In this document: positions 1 through 51,400 of the stretch, piece after piece
How positions within the stretch are numbered: position 1 is the first letter of the stretch
Layout of the letters: each line of letters starts with the position of its first letter
The notes under the pieces: generated by a model
The model's database searches: none
Told to the model about the DNA's origin: nothing
The model's input: only the letters and a program-made list of their open reading frames with translations
Translations under genes and position numbers: made by a program
Assembly (NCBI GenBank): GCA_035084275.1
Contig: CM068745.1
Location: 67,518,001 to 67,582,000, forward strand
Origin: Hydrolagus colliei
Taxonomy: Eukaryota
Direction: 5' to 3'
Length of the DNA: 64,000 nt

Positions 1-8
1 TGAAGAGG
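1..8 (-). CDS. SCML2: Possible start of next SCML2 exon, running off the window edge
   Basis: Minus strand ttgtttgtgttttag|CCTCTTCA is a good acceptor and reads open in phase 1 (ASS); only 8 nt visible. Confidence 0.35.
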
Positions 9-59
9 CTAAAACACAAACAAGCGTATTGCTGGTCCAGATGAATCCAACCTACTCAT

Positions 60-290
60 TAGGGCTTTGTCTGGTAATAATAATAATAATAATAATCCTT
101 GCATTTGATAAAGATCCTTATCACATCTTTGAGTTGCCTGAAAGGGTTTCACAGAATATACTGTAAAGTGAATGACTTTTTTTTGTGGGCGAAGCGTGGC
201 AGTCATTGCGTACAGCAGTGTCCCATAAGCAGCTGTAGGTCAAGTGACCATATTATTATTCTTATATAGGGTTATTGGGAGGTGAGTATG
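60..290 (-). mobile_element. Same SINE family, 3' part
   Basis: (TAA)n followed by ccttgcatttgata...cagaatatactgtaaagtgaat. Confidence 0.85.
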
Positions 291-544
291 AAGAATGCTT
301 GCTCCTAGACTGGTCTCCACTACCAAATCACATCAACCTGCTAGCTGGTCGACTCAACTCCAATCCACTCTTGCAGGGGTGTCACTTTGGAGCCAATTCA
401 GTTTACCTCTTTCCTACCATCCAAGAAGGAGAGTCCTTTAATGCATCTTATTTTCTGCATATTCCAAAGGGACTAGCTGGCTCTGGGTCAATACTCCTAA
501 CCATGTATTGTATTACCTAATCCCTCTAATTAGATTTACTAATA

Positions 545-760
545 ATTTAATTATTAATCTCTAATAATAATCCCTCCAAAGAAAAACAATAATCTGGTCA
601 ATTAATCCACGACTGTTTGTGGGAAACTGCTGTGTGCAACTGGCTGTCGCGTTTCACCGACAAATATAGTCAATTCACCTTACAGTATAATCTGTGATGT
701 GTTTGAGACGTCTAAAAGACGTGAAAAGTGCTATATCAAATGCAAGGATTATTATTACTG
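545..760 (+). mobile_element. Same SINE family, 3' part
   Basis: ccacgactgtttgtggg...gagacgtctaaaagacgtgaaaagtgctatatcaaatgcaaggattatt. Confidence 0.85.
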
Positions 761-1077
761 TACCTATTTCCTCAAATTTGCATTGAACAGCATTAGATTA
801 CTTTAACGATATTATAAATGGATGTCTCCTGCTATTCAAAAACACCTTACTCATTTTGCAGGTTAATGATTTCTTTAAAACTGAAAATTTTAAACTATAA
901 ACCCTGACCGAAGAACTAGGGCCAACTCTCAGTACCATTCAATGATGAAGCCAAAGGGACCGCTTGATGTTTACTCTTCCTAGATGTGAACAAACATGTA
1001 AAAGTATGTGCTGTCTGAAAATAAAACCCTGTGTTACATCAATAGCTGTAATTCAAGTCATGTTATCTTATTCCACG

Positions 1078-1358
1078 AATAATAATAATCGTCCTTGCAT
1101 TTGATATAGCGCTTTTCACATCTTCTATACAAAGCGTTTCACAGAATATACTGTAAAGTGAATTGACTGTATATTTGTGGTCAAAACACGGCACCAATTG
1201 CACACAGCAGTATCCCACAAAGAGTCTTGAAAAATAACCAATTTTTTTTTAGGGATTATCAGTCGTGTGGAGTAAGGAAACTTGCCCAAGGTTTCGGCCA
1301 GCCTGCAGGTCTCTTTCTTGTAAAGCGAGTGCTCTAACCACTGACATACAGGACTTCA
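1078..1358 (-). mobile_element. Same SINE family, near full length
   Basis: Reverse complement aligns to the 13664 copy. Confidence 0.9.
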
Positions 1359-1689
1359 AAGAGTAATATCCAATTTTAATAAGCGATTACTTCTAAACCC
1401 AAAGTTCAGTGATAAAACCAAGGGACATTTCCTTCATGAAATATATGAAAGGGAAATAAACTTTATGGAGAAAAGAACAGGGTAGATATGAATGAACTGA
1501 ATACGATTTGATGTGTACTGGGGTTTTCCACACCAAATACTGAAGTTCTAGTCTGTCATCCACACCCTTATTTCACCAGGATATCTAGAGATCACGTGAT
1601 CTACTCTATGGAGATAAAAATAATAAGAGGTGCTTCTAATCTCAATGCTTTTCCTGTGTGACTCTCATCTTTTAGAACAGTCTTTAGTG

Positions 1690-1995
1690 CTGATCATTCT
1701 GCGATGAACATATTTTAAGTAGTTCACTCTTTTTGCAGGCACACAATATGGCCATTTTGCACAAAGTAGGGAGATGATGACTAATTAATCTGGAGCATTG
1801 TTAGCCAGGACTCAAGGAGAAACTTCCTGCTCTTCTCAAATAATGATGTGGGCTTTTGAATATCCATCTGAGAAGCAGCAGACAAAACCTCAGTTTAACA
1901 TCTCATCCTAAAGACCCATTGCAGGGTCAACATTGCAGCACTGGAATGCTAGCCTAGACTACTGAGCTTGAGTCCTGATATGGACCTTGAACTAC
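1690..1995 (-). mobile_element. Old DeuSINE (SacSINE1/AmnSINE1-like Deu domain)
   Basis: Minus strand gtctttaggatgagatgttaaactgagg..gaagagcaggaagtttctcc..gtcctggctaac matches the recalled Deu-domain consensus. Confidence 0.7.
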
Positions 1996-3174
1996 ATTTG
2001 CAAAGGTTGAAATGTCACGTGGCATGTTTTTTTTCCTCAGGGACAGCACACTTGCGAGTGAACAAATTGCTCCAAGAAAAGAACAGTACAGGGTGGGAGG
2101 AGGTGGTGGTGTGTGGGGGAAGCAGTTTTTTTTATTACTCAGAAGCATAGAATACTATATACAATTGAAGAAATCATGTGCAATTTAAGTGTAATACAGT
2201 TCCAATTGTTAAAATAATGAACACATATTCTTGATTGGAATATTAAGCCACAAATCAATCCATGGTAAACAGAGACCACCTGAAAATTAGATTTTCTCCT
2301 AGACCTGTAAACATTGAATTGATCAAACACAAGTTCAGGGCTGATCACATACAACAAAGCAGAATAATTTCTATTTATATTCTATCCCAGCATCTCAAAT
2401 TTAACATGCTCATCAATTATTAATGTGCAATCTTGACATCAGTCACCATAGAAGCAGTTTTACACATTGTAACTGGATGAAATTGAACATATCCCCACAT
2501 AAATTCTAAGTAATTAGATTTCCTTTTATGTTACAGATCTTGCTGTACAGTCCTCCACCCGTTTTAGAGAAAGACAACGACTTTGGAATGGGATATGGCA
2601 ATTCCATTATAATACAGCTACTGTACATCACCGGTGCATCACTCGACCGTGCCTACGGTCACCTCCCCCTTCCCTTGGCTCGGAGTCGTGCTCTGCCACT
2701 GTTAAGTGCTTTGGGCCACTACCCTGCGTGAGAAGCGCTATATACATGCGGATTGTTGTTGTTGGTACTAATTGTGCTGCAATGGTTTTCGGCTGCCTTC
2801 AAACCTTCCCTTTCACCAGTCCCCGTTTCCTGTTTAACATGCGTAAGGCACCAAAATATTCAGGAAAAAAAGCAAATGTGTATTAATATCGTTACCATCG
2901 GTAAAATAGAACAGACATTTTGAAAGGAATGCCCTTTTGTGCCATGTCGTTCCATTTGTTTTGCTAAAATGAATGACATCAGGACTTCAGTTATGTTCAG
3001 CAGAAAAAGCGGGTACAGGAAAGAGACAAGAGGAAACTGTGGACTTATCTAGAAGTATACAATATTTTTTGTACTTACCATTACACTAAAGTTTCCATTT
3101 AAGCTTCATGTAACATATGTTCAATGATCAAAGGGTCATAAATGAAGCGTCAACTTTAGCAGGTTGTACAGTAC

Positions 3175-42456
<39,282 letters not shown>

Positions 42457-43828
42457 GGCAACAATTCCAGTATTCAGCGACCTTCACCACACAAAGGAAG
42501 CTGAAGCTCAATGATCAACTTCCGTCTTTTAAAAGGATGATTTCCTGCAAGAAGTTACAAAATGCAGCTAAGTAATGGATGTATCAACTGCTTCCTGACA
42601 AATGTAGCTGTGAAGGAAACGTGTGCAGACAAAGAATTTATCACTGGGTGTGAACAACTGAGTGGGACAGAATTATAAACAACTAGCCGGACCCTTCTCG
42701 TGCCACCCCTCTTTTGATGTCAAAGGCTTTGAAGATAAACAGCTCTCTTTGAATTAAAGTCACTTTATAGACAGACAGCAGTGTTGAGTGCTTCACCCAT
42801 GTCAAAAAAGAGAATTAGACTTCATAATGGTATCCTTTTCAGAAAGGATGCATTCTGTGAGTCATTCTTTACATTATATGAAGATACACAAAGCTAAGAA
42901 AACACATTTCCATTAAAAGTCTTCAACAATTGTCCAGTATTTTAAAACTATTTAATGCTGTTTCATATAACTGATTTTAAAATGCTTTGTGGATGAAAAT
43001 GCATAGCATCATTTTTTCAAATCTGCAAAGCAATGAAGATAATGCAAAGTCACAAAAACTTATTACAAGAAATGATCAAGTCATAGATTTGAAAGCATGA
43101 ACCAAATATGGCAAACAATTTGCAGGTTCTTATCTATCCTGTAGAGTAATCTTTTAGTTATTTCACACATTAAAGAAATCAAGAAGAAAACTACAGCATC
43201 AATTTTGATTAAGTATTATCAGAGTTCAGATAGATACCAATGTTTATTGGTTGATTTACAATGTAAATTACAATTCTCAAACAAATAATGACTAACCACA
43301 GCGCCATTTTTTTCTGAACAATAGAAACAAATCAATGCAAAAAGTAACCAATAGTTTGCAATCTAAAAATTTATGGTATGGTGAGGAACAAAACAAAAAT
43401 ACTACATTGTAATAAATTTGCTAGTGTCCTTGACTAACTAAAGCTTCCCCCATCCCAATGTATTAATCTATGAGATCACTAGAAATTCTACATTTGGTGC
43501 ATCATAAATAAAATGTTGTTAGCTGTATATTAGATTAACACAGAAGCTCTTTGTGATAATTCCATGCTTTCTCCTTCACAATTATTTCAGTTCACATTGT
43601 TTAGTGCACTGGAAGAATATTGTACAGTATTAAACGTAAAGAAGCAAACTTGCCAGAAAAGTACCAATTAAGTCAACATGCTGTGGAAAAACTGGCCCAA
43701 ATTACTTATGATGGTTATACAAATGCCTAACTCACCCCATCAGATAACTCATCATTGAGACCTGTTCCCTTGGAATTACAAAGTTATTAGAATTTATTGT
43801 ATTTAACTAAGTTGCACCATTTGTATTA

Positions 43829-44233
43829 ATAGAATCATAGAATCATAGAATTTTACGGCACAAAAGGAGGCCATTCGGCCCATCTAGTCTGTGCCGGCTC
43901 TTTGAAAAGAGCGATTTAATCCCACTGCCCTGCCCGCTCCCCATAGCCTAATAGACCCGTTCTCCCTAAATAAAGATCTAATTCCCTTTTAAAAGTTGTT
44001 ATCGAATCAGCCTCCACCACCTTTTCAGGCAATGCATTCCAGATTCGAACAACTCGCTGAGTGAAAAAAATTCTCCTCAGCTCCCCTCTACTGCGCCTTG
44101 AAACTATTTTAAATCTGTGACCACGAGTCACAGATTCACCCACGAGTGGAAATAGTTTTTCTCTATTTGCCCTGTCGAAACCCCTCATGATCTTATAAAC
44201 CTCTATTAGGTCTCCCCTCAATCTTCTCTGCTC
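43829..44233 (-). mobile_element. Young 5'-truncated CR1 LINE with (ATTCTATG)n tail
   Basis: Uninterrupted RGDLIEVYKIMRG..TRGHRFK..FFTQRVVRIWNALP..FKRELD; octamer tail repeats at 43829-43851. Confidence 0.95.
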
Positions 44234-45269
44234 CAGAGAAGATTGAGGGGAGACCTAATAGAGGTTGCTGCAATAACTGCATAGACAAAAATAAAACATT
44301 TACACACTAAGTTGTATACAGAAATAAGCAAACATTGCTCAATTTGGGTTTCAAAGTAGCCACTATTATGCTACACTCCTGCAAATAAATTATTTCTCAT
44401 GTCAAAAACAAATTAAAATATCAGAACACTATCCATTTCCCAGCTTTTACCTTCAGCTCAAATAATGGCTAATTGATCACTGAACTCCACACTTAGATTT
44501 GATAGCCCTGGATTGACACATCGCAGAATACACCACACAATAAGTTGCTTTGAATTTTAGTTATTTATCTGTAAAAGTATGGAACTTGTGGCAGAATACA
44601 AACAATGATAAAGAACAAAATTTAATTTATTTTAAATTACTTTGTAAATTTGTATGAATGAAAAATATTGGACAGAAAGTTGGGCAAATTCCCTCTTTTT
44701 CAGAACTGTACAAAAAGTAGCTAATAAATTCCATTTTTTTAAAACACACACCATCAATGTCTTTGAGACTGTTTATCATCATATCAGTTGACAGGGTGCC
44801 ATTGCAAGGGTAAGCACAAGTCAATGAAAGATGGATGAGATATAGAAAAAGTTACACATTATCATAGCTACTCTTTCATAATTATTAAAGAAATTTGAGA
44901 AAGTAGCAAAAAACTGCACAGTTCGAATCTTTGTCCTTTTATCCTGAATTCCCAGGGTGCAGTGTCAAACATTCCAGTCATTAAGAGTCCATCTGGCTGT
45001 CTGCAGCAACATGAAAGGTTTCCAGCACTATGTCCATCAGGAGAATATAATGCTTGCCCTTGGCACTTCAAAACTAAAGACAACAGGAAGCAACTATGTG
45101 AAAGCATGTCATTTAGTAAAATGTAGCCCAAAGCAATGCTTCACAGCATGAATACCACAACCCACTACACAGCCCTCAGTAATTTAAAAATATCTGGAAT
45201 GTTACTAAACATAAAAATACAATTATCAAATATTTGAAGCAACAATCCTTGCATTATACATTCAGTAGT

Positions 45270-45602
45270 GGACTCCTATAGCTCAGTGGTTCAGCGCACT
45301 CACCTTGCAAGAGACAGACCTGGGTCTCATTCCCAGCACAGCAAAACCTTGGGCATGTTTCCTTTCACCACATGCCTGATAATAACCCACCACCCCCCGC
45401 CCCCAACCCAATAAAACCCAATAATAAATTGGTCATTTCACTCCACGACTGTTTGTGGGACACAGCTGTGCACAACTGGCTGCCGAGTTTCGCTCACAAA
45501 TATATGGTCAATTCACTTTACAGTATATTTTGTAAAGCGCTTTGAGACGTCTAGAAGATGTGAAAAATTGCTATATCAAATGCAAAGATTATTTTATTAT
45601 TA
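45270..45602 (+). mobile_element. Same SINE family, full length
   Basis: ctcctatagctcagtgg...gctatatcaaatgcaaagattatt. Confidence 0.9.
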
Positions 45603-45953
45603 AAAGATGCAAATACAGCCTATATCCAAATAAAAGAACCGCAATAACTCAATTTACAACCATATTTTTAGGTTTTTAGGGAAAAAACAAATATGTATAC
45701 CCACCGAATGGGTAAAAACATTTGCAAGATTTGATAATCTCAATTAAATACAATTAAAATTGAACAGAAGAATGCTCCTCTGAAGTTAATTCTCACTTCA
45801 TAGATAACTAACGTTTTAAACTTTTTATTTGCTAGCACATCAATTCAAGCTGTGAGAGTACTTATATCTATTAGTGACCATTTCTAAAATGGAAGATCAA
45901 AATTATAGCGCATAATGCACAAGTAGTCACTATATACATTTTGAGTTATAATT

Positions 45954-46681
45954 CAGTAGAAGCCCGTTTACCCAGCACCCGCGGGACCTGGCCAATGCCG
46001 GTTAAAGCACCTGCCGGATATTCGGAGGGTCCGTGGCCAAAAACCCACTACAAAAAAATTAAAGTTATTTTAACACACATCATACACACCAGACTAAGTA
46101 ATGGCAGATAGTGACAGAATGTTGTGCTGGTGCTTATTGTTGGGGCAGTTCTCTTGCGCTTCTCACCTTTGCTAGTTGTGGTTTGCAGTCCAGTGATTCT
46201 TTTTTGAATAGAAAAAAACGGCAGCGCGATTTTAAAGTCGTGTGACTTGACTAGCTGCAAGCCGAAGCCCTAGACTCTACTAGCGGAAAACCGAAATACT
46301 GCACCTGCGCGACAATGTGGGTTATCGGCTGGCGTTATCGGCTTGCCGCTAGTATAACTTTAAAATCATATGTGCTCTGTTTTTTTACAGCCGCTTGGTG
46401 TGCTCCATTTTGGGGGGAGTCGCTGGACTGGAAACCTCAACCGCAGCATCATGGATTCAAGCGCAGCATCTACCAGCGGGGGTGGGAGGCGCAGGAGAGT
46501 AGTTTTGACGGTGAGTGCCAATGCAGTATTCTGTTGTTATGTTATTATTTGTGCATTTACAAATTCTCCACTGCTATTGTTCCGGACAAGTTCTGGTTTA
46601 TCGAATGGGGATTTTTTAGGGGGCATGCTGGTTATATGGAAGTGCCGGTGCATCGAGTCATGGATAAACAGGCTTCTACTG
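45954..46681 (-). mobile_element. Family A-related 728-bp non-autonomous element, opposite orientation
   Basis: TIRs CAGTAGAAGCC(C/T)GTTTA; subterminal blocks are reverse complements of those in the other copies. Confidence 0.85.
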
Positions 46682-47070
46682 TACTAGGAATATGAAAATT
46701 ACAGATTCTAAAATGGTAGCCGTAATCACTGCTTGTTGCTAATTTTGATAGGACAAACCCAGACTGTTATGAAAGTTATTTAATAATGACTAACAAATAG
46801 GGGATATTGTGCAATTTTATTTATATCACATGGGATATTGTAACGGCTGGTTCAGCTTCAAAACTATGCAAACTAGCTTGTATAAAGTCTTGTTTAGCTT
46901 GTTCTAAAGTCAGTCTGAAACATTACCGCTTCATGGTTTCTAGCCATATCTTACAAATGGCTGGAAAACATGAAGATGTTAGCTCAAAATTGTTTCATGG
47001 ACTACTGAAAACTGACTAACAGATCAGTGCACGTCTGCCTTAAAAACTGTGATCACAAGCACCCCAAAAA

Positions 47071-47366
47071 AATAATACTCCTTGCATTGAAACGTCTAGA
47101 AGATGTAAAAAGCGCTTCACAGAATATTCTGTAAAGTGAATTGACTGTATATTTACAGGCAAAACACTGCAGTCAATTGGGCACAGCAGTGTCCCATAAA
47201 CATCCGTGGAATGAAATGACCAATTTATTATTGTTTGTTTCCTTGAGGTATTATTATCAGGCGGTGTGGAGTAAGGAAACTTGCCCACGGTTTTGCCCTG
47301 TCTGGAATTGAACTCGGGTCTCTCGCTTTAAAGGCGAGTGCTCTAACCACTGAGCTACAGGAATCC
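47071..47366 (-). mobile_element. Same SINE family, full length
   Basis: Head ttcctgtagctcagtggttagagcactcgcc..gagttcaattcc. Confidence 0.9.
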
Positions 47367-48324
47367 ATGAAAAAATCACCATCACTACCTTCTCATTCTC
47401 TAACATTAAGTTATATTTTCTATGGCAGTACCAGCAGCACAACCACTTTTCTAGCAGTGCGTACACAATTGCCAACATGGATGAATAGCTAACCAACACT
47501 AATTATCAAGACTCATACAATCATTGCCACTTGAGTGAGATACCAGAGGACAATAGATGTCTGTGAAATTCTACCCCATTAAAAGTGCAAGGGGGGGTGG
47601 GAGTCAAAATCCTTGAGATTGGAGAAAATGGTGAAATACAAAAATTATTTACTCACAAATCCATCTAAATTCTTGAAGAGAATGCACTCAACTATAAGTG
47701 CAAAATTAAGTGCACCTGGAACATATCATGAGCAAACCCAGACACAAGTGATTAAGGACTGCAATCCTCCAGCCTGTCCACACTTCGCAAACACAAGTGT
47801 GGACTCAGATTTCACTCAGCAACACACAAGGCTATTTTGTCATCCTAGGAAGGGGACAAATGGATCATAAAATACTACACTGAAGGTAAACCTCTTTTTG
47901 TTGAAACTTCCTTCTAACCCTTTCTTCTCCCCAAGAGTCTTTCTCAATTAAATTGGGAAAGAAATCTTCAGAGCTTTACACCTCGCTCCCATGAAACAAA
48001 ATACTCAGTCCAGCTACTGTTGTGACAATGTATTTCTAAATCAGGCACAGGATGTTTTGAATGACATGCGTCATTAAGTCATGATTCTCAAGTGTACATG
48101 GTAGTCATTTGAACATGTTAAGTATCACAGAATAAGAGAAATAGTTATTTAGCGATAACTGTTTTTCCAACAGTATTGATTATGCAGTATACGCCTTGGC
48201 TCCTTCACTCAATTCAAAAAGGTTAACAGACTTTATGACTTTAGCTTTGTTTCTTACGGACATTCTTAATTTGCAGGTAAATGTGCACATTTCATAGCTA
48301 TCTGGTTAACAAACATTTATTTCA

Positions 48325-48460
48325 TAAAAAGCAAAATACTGCAATGATGGAAAGCTGAAATGAATATAGATGTCACTGGGAACACTTAACAGGTCAGGCA
48401 GCATCTATGGAGAGGGGAAAATTAGTTAACGTTTCAGGTCGATGACCTTCTGACCTGAAA
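48325..48460 (+). mobile_element. Penelope terminal-repeat remnant
   Basis: caggtcaggcagcatctatggagag...gttaacgtttcaggtcgatgacc resembles the terminal segment of chondrichthyan Penelope elements (from memory). Confidence 0.55.
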
Positions 48461-48939
48461 TTAGATCATGAATTTGCCAAAGTCAACGGTACTAAATTAC
48501 AGTCCAAGGCTTCCTGACTTTAAGATGCATGAGGTAAGAGAAAATTAATTGTTTGATGATTTCAAAACTACATTCAGTAATTGCCTTACTATAAATTTTA
48601 GATTGAAGTTACTTTTTGTTTTTAAATGGCGAATCAATTAATTCCAACTGTCCTATTAGCTCTTTTTTACCAGTAAACTAACATCTTTCAGTGAAAGTTT
48701 CTGAAAAGTGGGAGAAAGGCATGGATAAGATATGAGGTAAGCACATACGCAGGAAAATAAATGTAGGAAATAGAAAAATAATTTAAAGAACAAAAGTGTA
48801 AAATTAGTAAATAACATAAATCACTACAGTACGAAAGTTTTTAAGAAACTTGTTTTTTTTAAGCGTTAGGCTTAACTGAGGAGGTGCAAGATTTTTTTTA
48901 AAAAATGGCCTAAACCAATTGGGTGAAACTTACGGAGGC

Positions 48940-49535
48940 TGAAATCGTGACCTCTGATAGTGGTGGTAGGGGGTGTGAGGGATGAGGAGGCCAGTGCCAG
49001 TTGAGCAGAGATACGCGGGGGGGGGGGGGGGGGGGGGTGGATTGGGGAGTGAGGATGTCAGAAAGGTAGGGAGGTGCCAGGGAGTGAGTGGATTTGAACA
49101 CTTGTGTGAGGATCTTGAAGTAGATCAGTTCGGTGATGTGGAGCCTAGCCAGAACTGGTGGGTACAGAGTTTGCTCCAGGTCAGTATACGGGAGGCAGAG
49201 TTCAGAATCAACTGGATGTTTTTGACGGTGGAGCTGGGGGGAGACTGCCAAGGAGTGCGTTGGGAGTAATCCAAGCAGGAAGTGACAAACGCATGCATGA
49301 GATTTTCGGCTGCATTAGCGTTATAGTTGGAGGCGGGCAATGTGGCGGAGGTGGTTCTGGGCAGGGACTGGATTTGGGGGAGGAAGGACAACTGGGAGTC
49401 AAACCAGACGCCTCGATTGCACACTAGTTCATTGAGTCTGAGGGAGAGCCCGGGGAGGTTGGAGTTTAGAACCACAGGAGTGAAGATGTTGAGCGGAGCC
49501 AAAGAGTATGGCTTCCGTCTTGTCCATGTTCAGCT
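48940..49535 (-). mobile_element. L2 ORF2 C-terminal fragment
   Basis: GVWFDSQLSF, AENLMHAFVTSCLDYS, FKILTQVFKSTHSLAPPYLSD. Confidence 0.85.
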
Positions 49536-49889
49536 AATGAACAAGAAAAAGAAAATAACTTAGCAAATGCAAAAGAGAGCGAAATTATAATGAACTCTAA
49601 TCCCTAAAAATAGAATAGGAAAGGATTCCAAGCAGTTTGTGAAACAATTATAGAACCGTCTTTCACATGACAGAACCATCATAACAAAGAATCATCATAT
49701 TCCATCTCCCATTTTCTACTTTCTCAAAGATGGGCAAATATTGTGTTAGAAAATTTTCACAGCAATGATCATATTATGCCAATACTGTATATTAAACAAA
49801 TTTTTAGGCGTTAAAAGGTAGTTCATTAAAGCATCAATTCTCACACAAGCTAATTTAATGCAATCGGGACTATAAATGGCAAGACTGAA

Positions 49890-50390
49890 AGTTTTTCATG
49901 CATTCATCACATCTAGGCTTCACTATGCCAACTTGCTGCTTGTCGACATTCCCAACTCTTTCCTCTATTGACTACCGAACATCCAGAACTCTGCAGCTTG
50001 GGTCAACTTCCGTACCAAGGCCCTCCATGGTATTGCTTCTTCCTACATCTGTGACTACCGATCATCCAGAACTCTGCAGCTTGGGTCAACTTCCGTACCG
50101 AGGCCCTCCATGGCATTGCTTCTTCCTACACCTGTCACCTGTGCAAACCCCATATCAACCTGTCCATTCCTCAGCTCAGCGTGCTGGGGCCTGCTCCACA
50201 TCCATTTCCCACCTAGCCAGTCCCATAATCAGTGGTCGAGCCTTCAGCTTCTCTGCCCCCATTCTGGAACTCTATCTCACATTTCCTTTGGCTCGCTCCC
50301 TTTCCTGATAGCTACAAGGCACATCTCAAGTCCCTCCTCTTCAACTATCCTCCACCTTCCCTGATCCCAACCCCACTGCTCGGGTCCAAA
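49890..50390 (+). mobile_element. L2 fragment with an internal 83-bp tandem duplication (49970-50135)
   Basis: HAFITSRL, IQNSAA, SGRAFSFSAP motifs; duplicated unit visible with 4 mismatches. Confidence 0.8.
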
Positions 50391-50929
50391 TTAGAAAACT
50401 GGGATTAAAATAAAACTATTCTGAGAGGCATATTTATACAGAAGAACATGTGTAACTTCATATACAGCATATGAGAGGTAAGACAGCGCAAATGTTTTTC
50501 TTTTACAAAACCTACATACATCAATATCAAAATAGCCTTTTCTGTTTGATGATACTTGTAGAACTCAGAGAACTCAGAGTTCATTGTAGAAAATAGAGAA
50601 CTGAAATAGTTAATTTAAAAGGTACCTCTGTACTCACAAGACTACAAAGCCAGATGAAATATATCCAAAAGTACTTATGTAAATTGTGGCACAAATTGAG
50701 GGATCTGCAGCTGAATTTTTTTCTACAGCTCATTAAACACAACGCTAGCATAAAAACATTGAAAAGCAGTTTATTTTCCAACATTTACAGAAGGTCAAAA
50801 ACATGATACTGAATTGTACTTCTAATAGCTTGAAATCTACTTTGGAAAAACATTGCTAGTCTATTTGAAAGGAAGCAATTGAAGACCACTTAATGAGACT
50901 GTATGATCGCAGTCACTCTATTTTCCCTC

Positions 50930-51400
50930 ACCTACCCAACAGCGCCCATTTCCGCAACTGCCCCCCAGGCTGCTGAGATCCTTACCCATGCCTTCATCAC
51001 ATCCTGGCTCAATTATTCCAGTGCTCTGCTTGCTGGACTCTTAGTTCCCTCCATACACAAGCTGCAGACTTTCCAGAACTCTGCAGCCTATCCTCTACTG
51101 CACTTGGTTCTGTGAGCCCATAACCCTATCCTCATTCAGCTCCACTGGCTCCCCATTTCCCAGTGAAGCAAATTCAAGATTATCATCTACGCTTTCAAAC
51201 CCCTCCAAGGCTTCGCTTTACCATATCTCTGAAATATCCTGAGTATGACCCAACTTCCCAGCTGCTTCCTCTAATCAGTGAACTGCTCCATTTCTTCTGC
51301 TTTCTGACATTTTGTTCCCACTCTCTGGAACTCAATGTTGGGGTACCTGTCTCTTGCCCTTCCCTCCTTCAGTTCTATTCAACCACACTTTTGGCCACCT
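50930..51400 (+). mobile_element. L2 fragment
   Basis: AAEILTHAFITSWLNYSSALL..KLQTFQNSAA. Confidence 0.8.

Noticed and set aside
48430-48462. Hammerhead ribozyme in the Penelope terminal remnant
   Set aside because: Stem II and GAAAC are visible on the minus strand (AGGTC-ATC-GACCT-GAAAC), but the CTGANGA core is missing; a similar remnant near 40186 is more decayed.
49970-50135. 83-bp tandem duplication as a functional repeat
   Set aside because: Lies within a decayed L2 fragment; an ordinary local duplication.
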